From positions 32,001-96,000 of the IMG/VR virus record IMGVR_UViG_3300025736_000010: a DNA stretch of 64,000 nt. One strand, written 5' to 3'. A model generated the notes under the pieces. It was not told the DNA's origin. It saw only the letters and a program-made list of their open reading frames with translations, and searched no databases. The position numbers were made by a program, and so were the translations under genes. Positions 55,381 through 64,000 of the stretch are shown piece by piece. Source of the DNA: a virus. Position 1 is the stretch's first letter; every line of letters begins with the position of its first letter.

Positions 55381-56642
55381 TGGTAATTACAAAATTATTG
55401 CTACAAAATGTGTTAAAAATCAAAGCCGTGAATATAACTCCAATGGGGAATATTGTAAAAATCACTGGCAGGAACGCTCAAGGGAAATCGAGCATACTAG
55501 ACGGCATAGAAATTCTGCTAAGAGGGCCTTCTTCTTTCCCGGATAAGCCTATTAGGGAAGGAGAAAAACAGGGCGCTGGCCAGATTGATTTTGGAGATTT
55601 TGTAATCACAAGAACAATCGATCCACACAAATTAACAGTTGTCTATAAAGGGTCTGACGAAAAGATCAAGAGGCCGCAAGAGTTCCTGGATAGTCTTCTC
55701 AATAAATACACCTGCGATCCGTTGAAATTAATGGGCTTGTCGCCTTCTGAACAAATGAACGAAGTTAAGAATATTTTAGGTATTGACTTCACCGACTTAG
55801 ACAAAGAATACGATTCTATCTATGAAACTCGCCGAGATCTAAATCGGGACGCGAAAGCCTTGAATTCTCTAACTAAAGGATATAGTGCCGACTCTCCAGT
55901 AGATCAAATAGACGATAGCGAACTTCTGGCAAAACATAGTAATGCGCGAGAAGTAAATACTGCGAATGCTAAACTAAGATTCGAGCTTGAAACAGAACGT
56001 GATCGCGTTAAGTCGTTGAAGGAAGATGCGGCAAAGTTAGAAGATCAACTTCGTTCGATCAATGAAGAGATAGACAAGCGAACGGAGTCAGGTAAGGCAT
56101 TGGCGGAAACAGTAGCTGGCCTTGTAGACGTTGACGACGCCAATCTGTTTGCAGAAATACAACGTATCCAAAAACACAATAGCGAGGCAAGCAAGAACAA
56201 AGAGGTGGTAGGACTAGTCGTTGAGCTAAATGACAACGTAGCTGCGATAGAAAAGATAGAAGCCAGGATGGAAGAAATTAAGGAATACAAGATCAGCGTT
56301 ATTAGGGACGCAAAGTTTTCTATTGAGGGCTTGACTATACAGGATAATGCGTTATACTATGCAGGCGTGCCGCTCAACCAAGCGAGTCAGGCCGAAAAAT
56401 TGCGTGTGTGTATGGCGTTATCAATAGCAGGTAAGCCAGAAATAAAAGTCATCCTCATGCCGCAAGCTTCGCTGTTAGATGAAGACAATATGGAATTAGT
56501 ATCAAAAATGGCGGAAGAGTTGGACTTTCAGATATGGATGGAAATCGTTGGTGATGGTGATCCTCTTTCTTTCGTGATTGAGGACGGCGAGGTAAAACAT
56601 TCCCCTGACGGCGACGTTGTGGGACAAGAGAAGTTATTTTAG
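55380..56642 (+). CDS. SMC/Rad50-like ATPase
   Basis: Walker A GRNAQGKSS, long coiled coil, AS.AE signature; GTG start after GGAGG. Confidence 0.8.
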   Translation: MVITKLLLQNVLKIKAVNITPMGNIVKITGRNAQGKSSILDGIEILLRGPSSFPDKPIREGEKQGAGQIDFGDFVITRTIDPHKLTVVYKGSDEKIKRPQEFLDSLLNKYTCDPLKLMGLSPSEQMNEVKNILGIDFTDLDKEYDSIYETRRDLNRDAKALNSLTKGYSADSPVDQIDDSELLAKHSNAREVNTANAKLRFELETERDRVKSLKEDAAKLEDQLRSINEEIDKRTESGKALAETVAGLVDVDDANLFAEIQRIQKHNSEASKNKEVVGLVVELNDNVAAIEKIEARMEEIKEYKISVIRDAKFSIEGLTIQDNALYYAGVPLNQASQAEKLRVCMALSIAGKPEIKVILMPQASLLDEDNMELVSKMAEELDFQIWMEIVGDGDPLSFVIEDGEVKHSPDGDVVGQEKLF

Positions 56643-56650
56643 GGGGTAGT

Positions 56651-57049
56651 ATGTTAAATAAAGTTATGTTTATTGGGAGACTTACGCGGAATCCCGAACT
56701 AAAGACTGTTGGATCAGGAAAGTCCGTTACAACGTTTGGGCTTGCTCTGAACCGGAAATATAAAGACGCGCACGGCGATCTACAGGAAGACGTAACGTTT
56801 GTAGACATTGTTTGCTGGGACAAGCTCGCAGAAAACGTCGCTAAGTACCAGACAAAGGGAAAGAGAGTTTACGTTGAGGGGCGATTACAAATTGACGCAG
56901 TTGACGGAGAAGACGGCCGCAAGAAGTATTTCACCAAGATTGTCGCTCATACCGTGTTGTTCCTTGACAATCGTGAGGACTCAGAGCGAGCAAAGCCAGT
57001 ATATGGCGACAACGTACCGTATAAAGGCAACGAGGAAGTACCGTTCTAA
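56651..57049 (+). CDS. ssb: single-stranded DNA-binding protein
   Basis: NKV.FIGRL...PEL, F.DIV.W..LAE, KG..VYVEGRL, C-terminal EEVPF. Confidence 0.92.
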   Translation: MLNKVMFIGRLTRNPELKTVGSGKSVTTFGLALNRKYKDAHGDLQEDVTFVDIVCWDKLAENVAKYQTKGKRVYVEGRLQIDAVDGEDGRKKYFTKIVAHTVLFLDNREDSERAKPVYGDNVPYKGNEEVPF

Positions 57050-57060
57050 AGGAGGGGATA

Positions 57061-57807
57061 GTGGCTATTTGCGAGCGATGGGGTCCACTCAGAAAGGCAC
57101 AGTTTGGCTCGCTTAACAATTGTAGCATTGGGGCTGAGATGCTTTATACAAGAATCTTGGCCCGATGTGACTGCAACGGAAGTTATTTTGCGACGCCGGA
57201 AAAGATTAACGGACGTTTGTTTGAGAGCCGCCACATAAACGGAGAAACATCGCCGTCAATTATAGAAGAGTGGATTGACGAACTAGAGAACAACGGACTG
57301 ATAGTTGTGTTTTCTGATGGCGGAGAAGAATATTTGAATATAGTTGGTGTGTTCAGTAGCCGAGATAACGAAGTAAAGGCCGAGTTTCCAATACCGGACT
57401 TTTTAGAGGAGGTATTAGCTTCTAGAGAATCTAATGATGCTGGATTGCAAGCACGCAATAGGGCTGCCGATAGGATAACTGATTACATAAACGAGACTGC
57501 TAAGAAATACAACGTGAGTTTTAGCTATCGGCACTCTAAGACATCTAGGAATGTTATTATCCCTAGAATGCGCGACGACGGATATGTCGAATATGACCTA
57601 AAGTTAGTCGTAGAGCATAAATGCATGGAGTGGCTTGGTGATGATAAGATGATGGGATTTGTCAGGCCAATAACGCTTTTCAGGGCGTCCAAGTTTGAGG
57701 GGTATCTTAACTCTGCTAGGGCATGGGCGGCAGGCGGAAAGAGACAGAAGGGCGGATTGTATAGAGGACAAGAATCAAAGGATGACTATGGAGCAGTGGT
57801 GCGTTGA
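57061..57807 (+). CDS. phage replication initiator (conserved phage C-terminal domain)
   Basis: N-terminal wHTH-like region; W..D.KM...RP.TLF..KFEGYLN; upstream of loader. Confidence 0.75.
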   Translation: MAICERWGPLRKAQFGSLNNCSIGAEMLYTRILARCDCNGSYFATPEKINGRLFESRHINGETSPSIIEEWIDELENNGLIVVFSDGGEEYLNIVGVFSSRDNEVKAEFPIPDFLEEVLASRESNDAGLQARNRAADRITDYINETAKKYNVSFSYRHSKTSRNVIIPRMRDDGYVEYDLKLVVEHKCMEWLGDDKMMGFVRPITLFRASKFEGYLNSARAWAAGGKRQKGGLYRGQESKDDYGAVVR

Positions 57808-58454
57808 TAATCAATCGAGATTTAATTGGAGATAGGTTCGCCGAGTGTTCATTCGATAGCTTTGAAGTGCTGTCAGCGGCGCATAGGAAGGCCCTGGATG
57901 CGTGTAAGTCGCTGTTAGATGGAACTTCTGGCGGCGTTGTGCTTACTGGGCCTGTTGGTCGTGGCAAGACGCACCTGCTTGTGTCTCTGGCTAACGAGTT
58001 TAATAGAGAGGCTGATCTAGAACTACTTGACGATAACGACTATGTATTAGTTACTGATCCTGGTAACTGCGTAGTGTTCTGGCCGCACAAAGAACTATTC
58101 AGGGCTGTTACGGATGGGTTTTCAGACGGGTCTTCTTCTGGATATATTGAGGAATGCAAGGCTGCTGATCTTCTTATTATTGACGAACTTATGTCTGAAG
58201 GAACTGGCAATGATGGAAAAATAAGCCCGTATGTAAAGGAGCTTACTGAAGAGATAATAGAGCATAGGTACAATAAAGAGCTTCCAATAGCCATATCAAG
58301 CAATTTAGGATTTGCACAAATGGGCGGCGCGTATAGCCCTCGTGTTGTTTCTAGGCTTGCTGATATGTGTGGAGATTGTATTATATTACTTAATGGAGAT
58401 GAGGACTACAGGCTGAAGAAAAACGGGAGGAGAGATGGCAAAAAGAGATCCTGA
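57804..58454 (+). CDS. DnaC/IstB-like helicase loader ATPase
   Basis: GPVGRGKTHL, LLIIDE, II..RY, SN, R..SRL. Confidence 0.85.
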   Translation: MIINRDLIGDRFAECSFDSFEVLSAAHRKALDACKSLLDGTSGGVVLTGPVGRGKTHLLVSLANEFNREADLELLDDNDYVLVTDPGNCVVFWPHKELFRAVTDGFSDGSSSGYIEECKAADLLIIDELMSEGTGNDGKISPYVKELTEEIIEHRYNKELPIAISSNLGFAQMGGAYSPRVVSRLADMCGDCIILLNGDEDYRLKKNGRRDGKKRS

Positions 58455-59391
58455 CTTTAGGAAAGACGTGCTGGCGCTTGATGGGTATCGTTGTGTTATT
58501 TGTGGGTTCAATGGAGAAGATGAGGAGTATGTTGGATTCTTGCAGGCCGACCATGTTAGCCCTAGAGGATCTGGCGGTGACCCTACAAAGGACGATAGAA
58601 AGAATGGAATGACGTTGTGTTCTAAGTGTCATAGCTTGAAAACAGATGAGATCATTCAGATCAAAGATAACGAGTGGGATCGCGAAGACAAAGAAAACGG
58701 ATTGACAGTATTCCAGAATGGAGCAATCAGAGATAGAGATACGTTGTGGTTCTATATAAAGCACGACAAGGAACTATTGGAACAGAGTATTGACGCTCTA
58801 TCAGCAATGGCTTCCAGCGAAGCGCATAGGGCTAAGATCCTGGCGTTTGTATGGGAGCACTATAGCCTTTCTGGTGATTCTAAGTCGCCTCAACAGCTAG
58901 TCGCGGGACTTGGATTAGATCCTAATCAGTCTGAGAAAGAAGCAAGGGCATACGCACAACTAGAATCGTTAGGGCTAGAATGGAACGACGGCGTAAACTA
59001 CTCGAAAATAGAACTAATACTAAGCGCACTAGAGGGCAAGTCGTCTCTTACTGTAGAAGAGAACGCAAAATACACTGAGATATTGTTGCAAGCACGATCA
59101 GCGTCATTCACTGATCTTAAGAAGGATTTCGTGGAAGATGGGCTGATAGAACCCAACGGTAATGGTTCGAGTAAAGAAAAGCTATACGTTGCGTGCAACA
59201 AGGATGATTTCTTCAAGCATTGCCGCCCAGTATTCGCTAAGGAAGGTGGAATTCCGCTGGACGACAATCAAATACTATTACGAGTTGATAAGGTATATTC
59301 GCCGATGCGTAAGCGTGCTGGTAGAGTTTTTGTTATGAATGGATTGATTGAAGAGGAAGTCAAGGTGGATAGTTATGAACCTACTACGTAA
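58435..59391 (+). CDS. HNH endonuclease-domain protein
   Basis: DGYRCVICG..ADHV.P..N..TLC..CH. Confidence 0.75.
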   Translation: MAKRDPDFRKDVLALDGYRCVICGFNGEDEEYVGFLQADHVSPRGSGGDPTKDDRKNGMTLCSKCHSLKTDEIIQIKDNEWDREDKENGLTVFQNGAIRDRDTLWFYIKHDKELLEQSIDALSAMASSEAHRAKILAFVWEHYSLSGDSKSPQQLVAGLGLDPNQSEKEARAYAQLESLGLEWNDGVNYSKIELILSALEGKSSLTVEENAKYTEILLQARSASFTDLKKDFVEDGLIEPNGNGSSKEKLYVACNKDDFFKHCRPVFAKEGGIPLDDNQILLRVDKVYSPMRKRAGRVFVMNGLIEEEVKVDSYEPTT

Positions 59392-59735
59392 TTGGGAATC
59401 TCTGCTCTGTCGGCTTCCTCCAGCGCGTTCTTTGTTTCGCCGGGCTTGCCGCTATAAAACGCAATTACTCTGTCTGACTCTCCGATCATTTCTTTATCAC
59501 GGATAAGTCCAGCAATCGCACCAAAGCTTTCTCTGTCTGCTGGATAGCACTTGAATTCAATGTCGCTATCCAGCGCGTACTTTTTCGCCAACGATGATGC
59601 TCCCTTGCTATCGCTTGAAATGATACTGATTGTTTCCTCAGCATGGATGTCTACGAACGTATCTAAGACAGATTTCATGCCAGGATAGTCGTTGAAACTT
59701 TTGTCTCCGATAATCGCAATCCTTAGATCAGTCAT
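59373..59735 (-). CDS. SLOG-family (YspA/DUF2493-like) protein
   Basis: RIAIIG..F.DY..I.S...GA..LA..YA...A...AG.IR..M...IAF..G...T. Confidence 0.7.
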   Translation of the reverse strand: MTDLRIAIIGDKSFNDYPGMKSVLDTFVDIHAEETISIISSDSKGASSLAKKYALDSDIEFKCYPADRESFGAIAGLIRDKEMIGESDRVIAFYSGKPGETKNALEEADRAEIPNYVVGS

Positions 59736-60091
59736 TAAACACGTCCTCCGCAATGATCGCAATAGTTATCGAAGTCAAGCACAAGTTCCATAGGTTCAGA
59801 TGAATCAAATGCATCTTCCCATGAACCCCCCGGGGCGTATGTGAGACTTGCTAGTGCTGCAATCTGGCCCCAAGGAGACGATCCTTTCCAAAAGAAGAAC
59901 GCAATCGCCTTAACATTATCGGACTCCTTTTCAATTAGATATTCGCAAATACCTCGCATAGTTTCTTCGTATGGATTTTTACTAGCAGTAGTCATCCTGT
60001 AGATGATTCGCTTAGTATCGTTCTTGGCGTTCACCGTATCTAGCATTACTTCTCGTTCCTGAATTGTTACATAACTTGGTAATTTATCCAT
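59735..60091 (-). CDS. hypothetical protein
   Basis: GGAGG RBS; operon arrangement. Confidence 0.6.
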   Translation of the reverse strand: MDKLPSYVTIQEREVMLDTVNAKNDTKRIIYRMTTASKNPYEETMRGICEYLIEKESDNVKAIAFFFWKGSSPWGQIAALASLTYAPGGSWEDAFDSSEPMELVLDFDNYCDHCGGRV

Positions 60092-60407
60092 CGTTATCCT
60101 CCTCCCACTTGCCTTCTTTTATAAGCCTAAGTATCTTCTCGAATGGAACTAGCGCGTATGCCTCGCCTCTGTCTTCTCGAAATACAACGATATCAACACC
60201 GTCGTCTATTCTAAGATATTCGGGTAACTTCTTCCTGCGTTTCGCTTGAATCCGCACCCCGCCAATAACCACATCGACTTCTTTTACTTCTCCTAGAGCG
60301 CGGCCATCGCTGGCGTATGACCTTTCGGCCTCTATGCCAATTTCTTTTGCTTTATTTACAAGCTCCCTCTCAAAAACATTCCCCTTCACCTTATTTGGAT
60401 GCGTCAC
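60084..60407 (-). CDS. Hjc-like Holliday junction resolvase (PD-(D/E)xK)
   Basis: KG..FERELV...R..AS....DV...IQAK; GTG start after GGAGG. Confidence 0.75.
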   Translation of the reverse strand: MTHPNKVKGNVFERELVNKAKEIGIEAERSYASDGRALGEVKEVDVVIGGVRIQAKRRKKLPEYLRIDDGVDIVVFREDRGEAYALVPFEKILRLIKEGKWEEDNDG

Positions 60408-60582
60408 GCTATATAAACCTCCGTAATAGGGCATATCAAGTATGTCAAGCTAGTTAAGGGCGATTTCTTACGTGCAAATAAAATAGCAGTTTTGCACATG
60501 CTAAAACACTGTCCCTGTACGGGTTTGCGCGCGCATCTTTCGCCTATTTTGCTAAAACGCTTCAAACGCCCTCGGATTACGC

Positions 60583-60915
60583 TCATCTTCCCTTGTTGGC
60601 GATAACGCTTGCCAATGAGCCAGCCTTGCGCGGTGATTTAATCAATAAAGACTGAATCGGTATTCTTCCAGAAACACTAATGACGTAAGGATGCTTAGTA
60701 GTTGACAACTCAAGCCCATTTTTATTGATTTTGAAAAACGGTGACTCAAGAAGTGCTCGTGTTATTACCGGTATATGAGAACCAACTTCAGCAGTCCCTT
60801 CTTTGGCCGATCTAGCGGAAAAGTAAATACAAACTTCTTGCTCGTCGTCCTTAAGCCCATTTTTGTCCGGTACATTTTCTCCATTCCATTTCGATGAGTA
60901 CTGTAACTTAGCCAT
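60583..60915 (-). CDS. hypothetical protein
   Basis: AAGGGG RBS. Confidence 0.55.
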   Translation of the reverse strand: MAKLQYSSKWNGENVPDKNGLKDDEQEVCIYFSARSAKEGTAEVGSHIPVITRALLESPFFKINKNGLELSTTKHPYVISVSGRIPIQSLLIKSPRKAGSLASVIANKGR

Positions 60916-60923
60916 GTTCCCCC

Positions 60924-61115
60924 TTACCTCTCTCCGAATATAGCGTCAATATTATTAGGATGCCACCCAGCAGCCAATAGAACTGGCCTGATTAGCTCGT
61001 CTACCATTTGATCCATGTCAGGGTCCCAATTAGGAATCCCTACACTGTAAGCGCATGTACCTTCTGGATAGTCAACCTCCAACGTCAATCTAGTTGCGCA
61101 CTTGTCTTCAATCAT
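60924..61115 (-). CDS. hypothetical protein
   Basis: AAGGAGG RBS downstream of minus-strand promoter. Confidence 0.55.
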   Translation of the reverse strand: MIEDKCATRLTLEVDYPEGTCAYSVGIPNWDPDMDQMVDELIRPVLLAAGWHPNNIDAIFGER

Positions 61116-61139
61116 AGCGCCTCCTTCAATACAAACACA

Positions 61140-61201
61140 ATTATACACTAATCAACGCCAAAAAGCAAGCCATTGACAAACGCCTTGAAATACTGTATGA
61201 T
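61140..61201. promoter_or_regulatory. divergent sigma70-type promoter pair
   Basis: Minus TTGCTT-17-TATAAT; plus TTGACA-17-TATGAT. Confidence 0.7.
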
Positions 61202-61226
61202 TGTGATCGTAGCGAAAGGAGTACCA

Positions 61227-61835
61227 ATGAGACGAAAAGCAGATAAGATTTTGGTCTGTGATGTAGAAAGTACCTGTTGGGCTGGATTCCCGCCAAAGGG
61301 TGAAAGAAGCGAAATCATAGAAATCGGAGTAGTTCCAGTTGATCTTAGAACGCATGAAATCGGTGAGGGTGAATCAATATATGTTTATCCAGAAAGATCG
61401 ACGGTTTCAGATTATTGCACTGACCTTACTGGAATAACTACTAAAATACTAAAAGACAAAGGCGTAAAGTATGTAGATGCCATTAGAACGCTAACTGAGA
61501 AGTACGATTCGAGAAAGTACACTATGATCTCGTGGGGCGATTACGATAAGAATATGTTCTGGAAGATGGCTGATCTTCATGTAACTGATTATCCATTTCC
61601 GCCAACGCATATTAACCTGAAGTATTTCTTCGGAATGTGGATAGGGATGACAAACTTGATTGGCCTAAAGAAGGCGCTGGATAAGTTGGGAATGGAATTT
61701 GAGGGAGTCCAACACTGTGGAAGAGACGATGCCTATAACACTGCTAGGATATTTGTGGCGATGCTTGATTCATTTAAGCTCGTGCGGGATATGAGCATTG
61801 GCGAGCATCATGCGGAATGGGAGTCCCATAAATAG
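61227..61835 (+). CDS. DEDDh 3'-5' exonuclease (ERI-1/KapD-like)
   Basis: DVESTC, EIIEIG, LTGI, WGDYD, H.G.DDA.N. Confidence 0.85.
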   Translation: MRRKADKILVCDVESTCWAGFPPKGERSEIIEIGVVPVDLRTHEIGEGESIYVYPERSTVSDYCTDLTGITTKILKDKGVKYVDAIRTLTEKYDSRKYTMISWGDYDKNMFWKMADLHVTDYPFPPTHINLKYFFGMWIGMTNLIGLKKALDKLGMEFEGVQHCGRDDAYNTARIFVAMLDSFKLVRDMSIGEHHAEWESHK

Positions 61836-61878
61836 CACACATAACAAAGGAGAATACATACGCGAAACATAAGGAGGA

Positions 61879-62136
61879 ATGATGAAGAAATGCTTGCGGC
61901 TTGAGGATGAGACTGGACACCATATCGGTGATGTCAACGAAAAGGTTCTTGTCGATATTAAGAAATTGCGAAAGCTTGAAAAGGCTGGCGTTTACAAATA
62001 CTCTGCGCGTGAAGGTCTTGGTGGCGCCTATTACGAAATATGTGAGGGTGGTTGCCCTGTATGTAAACGAGATATGAAGCGCGATAAACATAAGCCAGGC
62101 TGCTGGTTAGGGAATTTGTTAAATGACAAGGAGTGA
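61879..62136 (+). CDS. hypothetical protein with zinc-binding motif
   Basis: AAGGAGG RBS; CPVC...H..GC. Confidence 0.6.
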   Translation: MMKKCLRLEDETGHHIGDVNEKVLVDIKKLRKLEKAGVYKYSAREGLGGAYYEICEGGCPVCKRDMKRDKHKPGCWLGNLLNDKE

Positions 62137-62139
62137 ATA

Positions 62140-62415
62140 ATGAGCGGTGGACATTTTGATTACGAATGCTTTAAGATTCAACACTTTGCGGATCAGTTGC
62201 GATGTGAAATTGACAACAATGAAAAAGAGGGAGACTTTGGCTACTTCTATGGCTTCAGCGAAGAGACTATCTCGCTGCTAAATGTTGCACAACAAATGAT
62301 TGATAACGCAGCAAAATTAGCATATCAAATCGAATGGTTATATTCTGGCGATATTGGAGAGGAACAACTTGTTGAGAGGATTAGTAAGGTTATGGCTGGA
62401 TTAGATGCTTCTTAA
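62140..62415 (+). CDS. hypothetical phage protein
   Basis: AGGAG RBS; MSGGHFDY...EW..SGD.GE pattern. Confidence 0.65.
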   Translation: MSGGHFDYECFKIQHFADQLRCEIDNNEKEGDFGYFYGFSEETISLLNVAQQMIDNAAKLAYQIEWLYSGDIGEEQLVERISKVMAGLDAS

Positions 62416-62460
62416 GAAACATAAGTCAGTCCCATAAATAACACACATAACAAATAAAAC

Positions 62461-62489
62461 TTGAAAATCAACTGAATATATGGTATACT
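62461..62489 (+). promoter_or_regulatory. sigma70-type promoter
   Basis: TTGAAA-17-TATACT with TGn. Confidence 0.6.
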
Positions 62490-62528
62490 ATTAGTCCGCA
62501 TTAAAACGGAGAGAAAATTCAAATAAAT

Positions 62529-64000
62529 ATGACAAAATTAAATAGGATAGATAGGTACTTGAGTCGGGAAGGCTGGGAAATCAGAGAGAATAGCAATATG
62601 GGGTACTCGCTACAGGGTTTGAACGTGAGTATAACTGAAAATGAAATTTCAAAATATTGGCTGAATGAGGTATATCCCAAGGATATTAAGGAGGCGCACG
62701 AGAGCGGGGACTTTCATATTCACGACCTTGGAACGTTGGGCTCATACTGTGTGGGATGGGACTTAATGGACCTTCTTACTAAGGGATTTAAGGGTGTTCG
62801 AGGGAAGATCGAATCTCTCCCAGCAAAACATCTAAGAGTTGCGATGTTGCAGATAGTTAATTTCATGTATACGCTACAGGGGGAAACGGCAGGAGCACAA
62901 GCGTTCTCTAATGTCGATACATTTCTTGCTGCTTTTATTAGGTCTGACAATGTTTCATACGAAGATTTGAAACAAAATGTCCAAGAATTTATATTCAATT
63001 TGAACGTCCCGACTCGCGTTGGGGCGCAAGCGCCATTCACAAACTTCACTTTAGATTTAGTCGTTCCAGACCATCTAAAGAAACTCCCAGCCATCGTTGG
63101 AGGGAAGCCGTGCGATTTTACGTATGGTGAACTACAGCATGAAGTTGACATGTTTAACAGAGCATTCGCTGAAATTATGATTGAGGGCGATGCTGGTGAA
63201 AGACCATTCACGTTCCCAATTCCCACATATAATCTAACAGAAGATTTTGACTGGGAAAACCCTATATACAATCCAATTTGGGAAATGACGGCCAAGTACG
63301 GCACCCCGTATTTTTCTAATTTTATTAACAGCGATATGAATCCCGAGGATGTCAGAAGCATGGCTATTCTTGGTTCACAGAATGTAATATATAAGAATGG
63401 GAATGGGAGGGTTTCTATAGATGAAATTAGAAACATTGTTTCTAGGTGGATAAGCAGCAAAGAAAAACCAAGCTATAGCATACTTAATAATGGAAAATTT
63501 GTTAGCATCTCAGACATGTTTGAAGTCCCGTATGATAAATACGATAAGTATGTGTCTATCATGCTTGATAATGGGTTGAAGCAGAATTTCTCGATGCAGC
63601 ATAAATGCCCTGTGGTGCGCGACGGAGAGATAACAAACGTTGAGAGCCAAGACCTAATTGCTGGCGATATGCTTCTTTTTGCAAAAAGAGCATATGATAT
63701 AGATGAGGCAATTGGTAGCTACGAAGCCGGATTAATGGTTGGTTATTTTCTTGGAGAAGGATGGAAACAAACACATAGTGATTCTGAAATAAACTTCGCC
63801 ATAAACATAGAAAGGGAAGACATAGTTAAAAGGATATATGATTTCTTTACTGCAATCGGGTGTGAAGTATCGTATTATAAACAGGAAGATGTGCACATAT
63901 TCAAGGTTCACGTTTATGGCAGACAGGCCGTTGGGTTTGTATCTCAATATATTCGTGGTACAACAGCAAAGACAAAAAGGATAGACTATAAAACGTGGAA
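62529..64000 (+). CDS. nrdD: anaerobic ribonucleoside-triphosphate reductase (class III), truncated by window end, intein-containing
   Basis: Manual translation (absent from track): ENSN..YS.QGL, H..GDFHIHDL, YC.GW, AGAQAFS, Q.PFTN, PFTFPIPT, AKYG.PYF.NF, DVRSM. Confidence 0.9.
   Translation, partial: MTKLNRIDRYLSREGWEIRENSNMGYSLQGLNVSITENEISKYWLNEVYPKDIKEAHESGDFHIHDLGTLGSYCVGWDLMDLLTKGFKGVRGKIESLPAKHLRVAMLQIVNFMYTLQGETAGAQAFSNVDTFLAAFIRSDNVSYEDLKQNVQEFIFNLNVPTRVGAQAPFTNFTLDLVVPDHLKKLPAIVGGKPCDFTYGELQHEVDMFNRAFAEIMIEGDAGERPFTFPIPTYNLTEDFDWENPIYNPIWEMTAKYGTPYFSNFINSDMNPEDVRSMAILGSQNVIYKNGNGRVSIDEIRNIVSRWISSKEKPSYSILNNGKFVSISDMFEVPYDKYDKYVSIMLDNGLKQNFSMQHKCPVVRDGEITNVESQDLIAGDMLLFAKRAYDIDEAIGSYEAGLMVGYFLGEGWKQTHSDSEINFAINIEREDIVKRIYDFFTAIGCEVSYYKQEDVHIFKVHVYGRQAVGFVSQYIRGTTAKTKRIDYKTW
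63363..64000 (+). mobile_element. intein in NrdD beginning with Ala, LAGLIDADG type (partial)
   Basis: After RSM the frame continues AILGSQNVIYK...LDNG..NFSMQH (block B)...DL..GD...VGYFLGEG (block C) instead of CCRL. Confidence 0.8.

Larger units (their letters stand above)
61822..62454 (+). repeat. 27-bp direct repeats (61822-61848, 62428-62454) flanking two small genes
   Basis: AGTCCCATAAATA(G/A)CACACATAACAAA, one mismatch. Confidence 0.8.

Noticed and set aside
62720-63460. 246-aa minus-strand ORF and other minus ORFs near the window end
   Set aside because: Shadows of the + strand nrdD, which the track omitted because it has no stop within the window

Overview
A 64-kb segment of a large tailed dsDNA bacteriophage with siphovirus-like morphogenesis genes. 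The host is probably an anaerobic bacterium, suggested by the class III RNR, sigma70-type promoters, GGAGG RBSs, lipoproteins and a beta-barrel-like protein. Gene order: accessory genes (metallophosphoesterase, UDP-GlcNAc 2-epimerase, a fractured DNA methyltransferase); head (XkdF-like protease, scaffold, cement, major capsid); about 10 kb of fibre/decoration-like genes; neck and tail (adaptor, closure, gp10-like, terminator, tube, frameshifting chaperone, intein-containing tape measure, tail-tip and collagen-like fibre proteins) interspersed with glycosyltransferases; an envelope/lysis-like module; recombination and replication genes (Rad52-like, YqaJ, SMC-like ATPase, SSB, initiator, DnaC-like, Hjc-like, DEDDh exonuclease); and nrdD, which runs off the window and carries an Ala1 intein. 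The window holds about 10 free-standing homing-type endonucleases plus 2 endonuclease inteins, and more than 20 near-consensus sigma70 promoters. The most unusual locus is a beta-class MTase broken into three ORFs around an inverted, leaderless Vsr/DUF559-like endonuclease. A 300-codon stop-free antisense frame spans that insertion almost exactly, from inside the end of MTase piece 1 to an ATGA overlap with piece 2. Other candidates are a virion-glycosylation set, several promoter-terminator small-RNA units (one CsrB-like) and a structured SD-sequestering leader. No terminase, portal, integrase, tRNA, CRISPR array or reverse transcriptase was seen. All family assignments are by-eye motif recognition, with no database searches.
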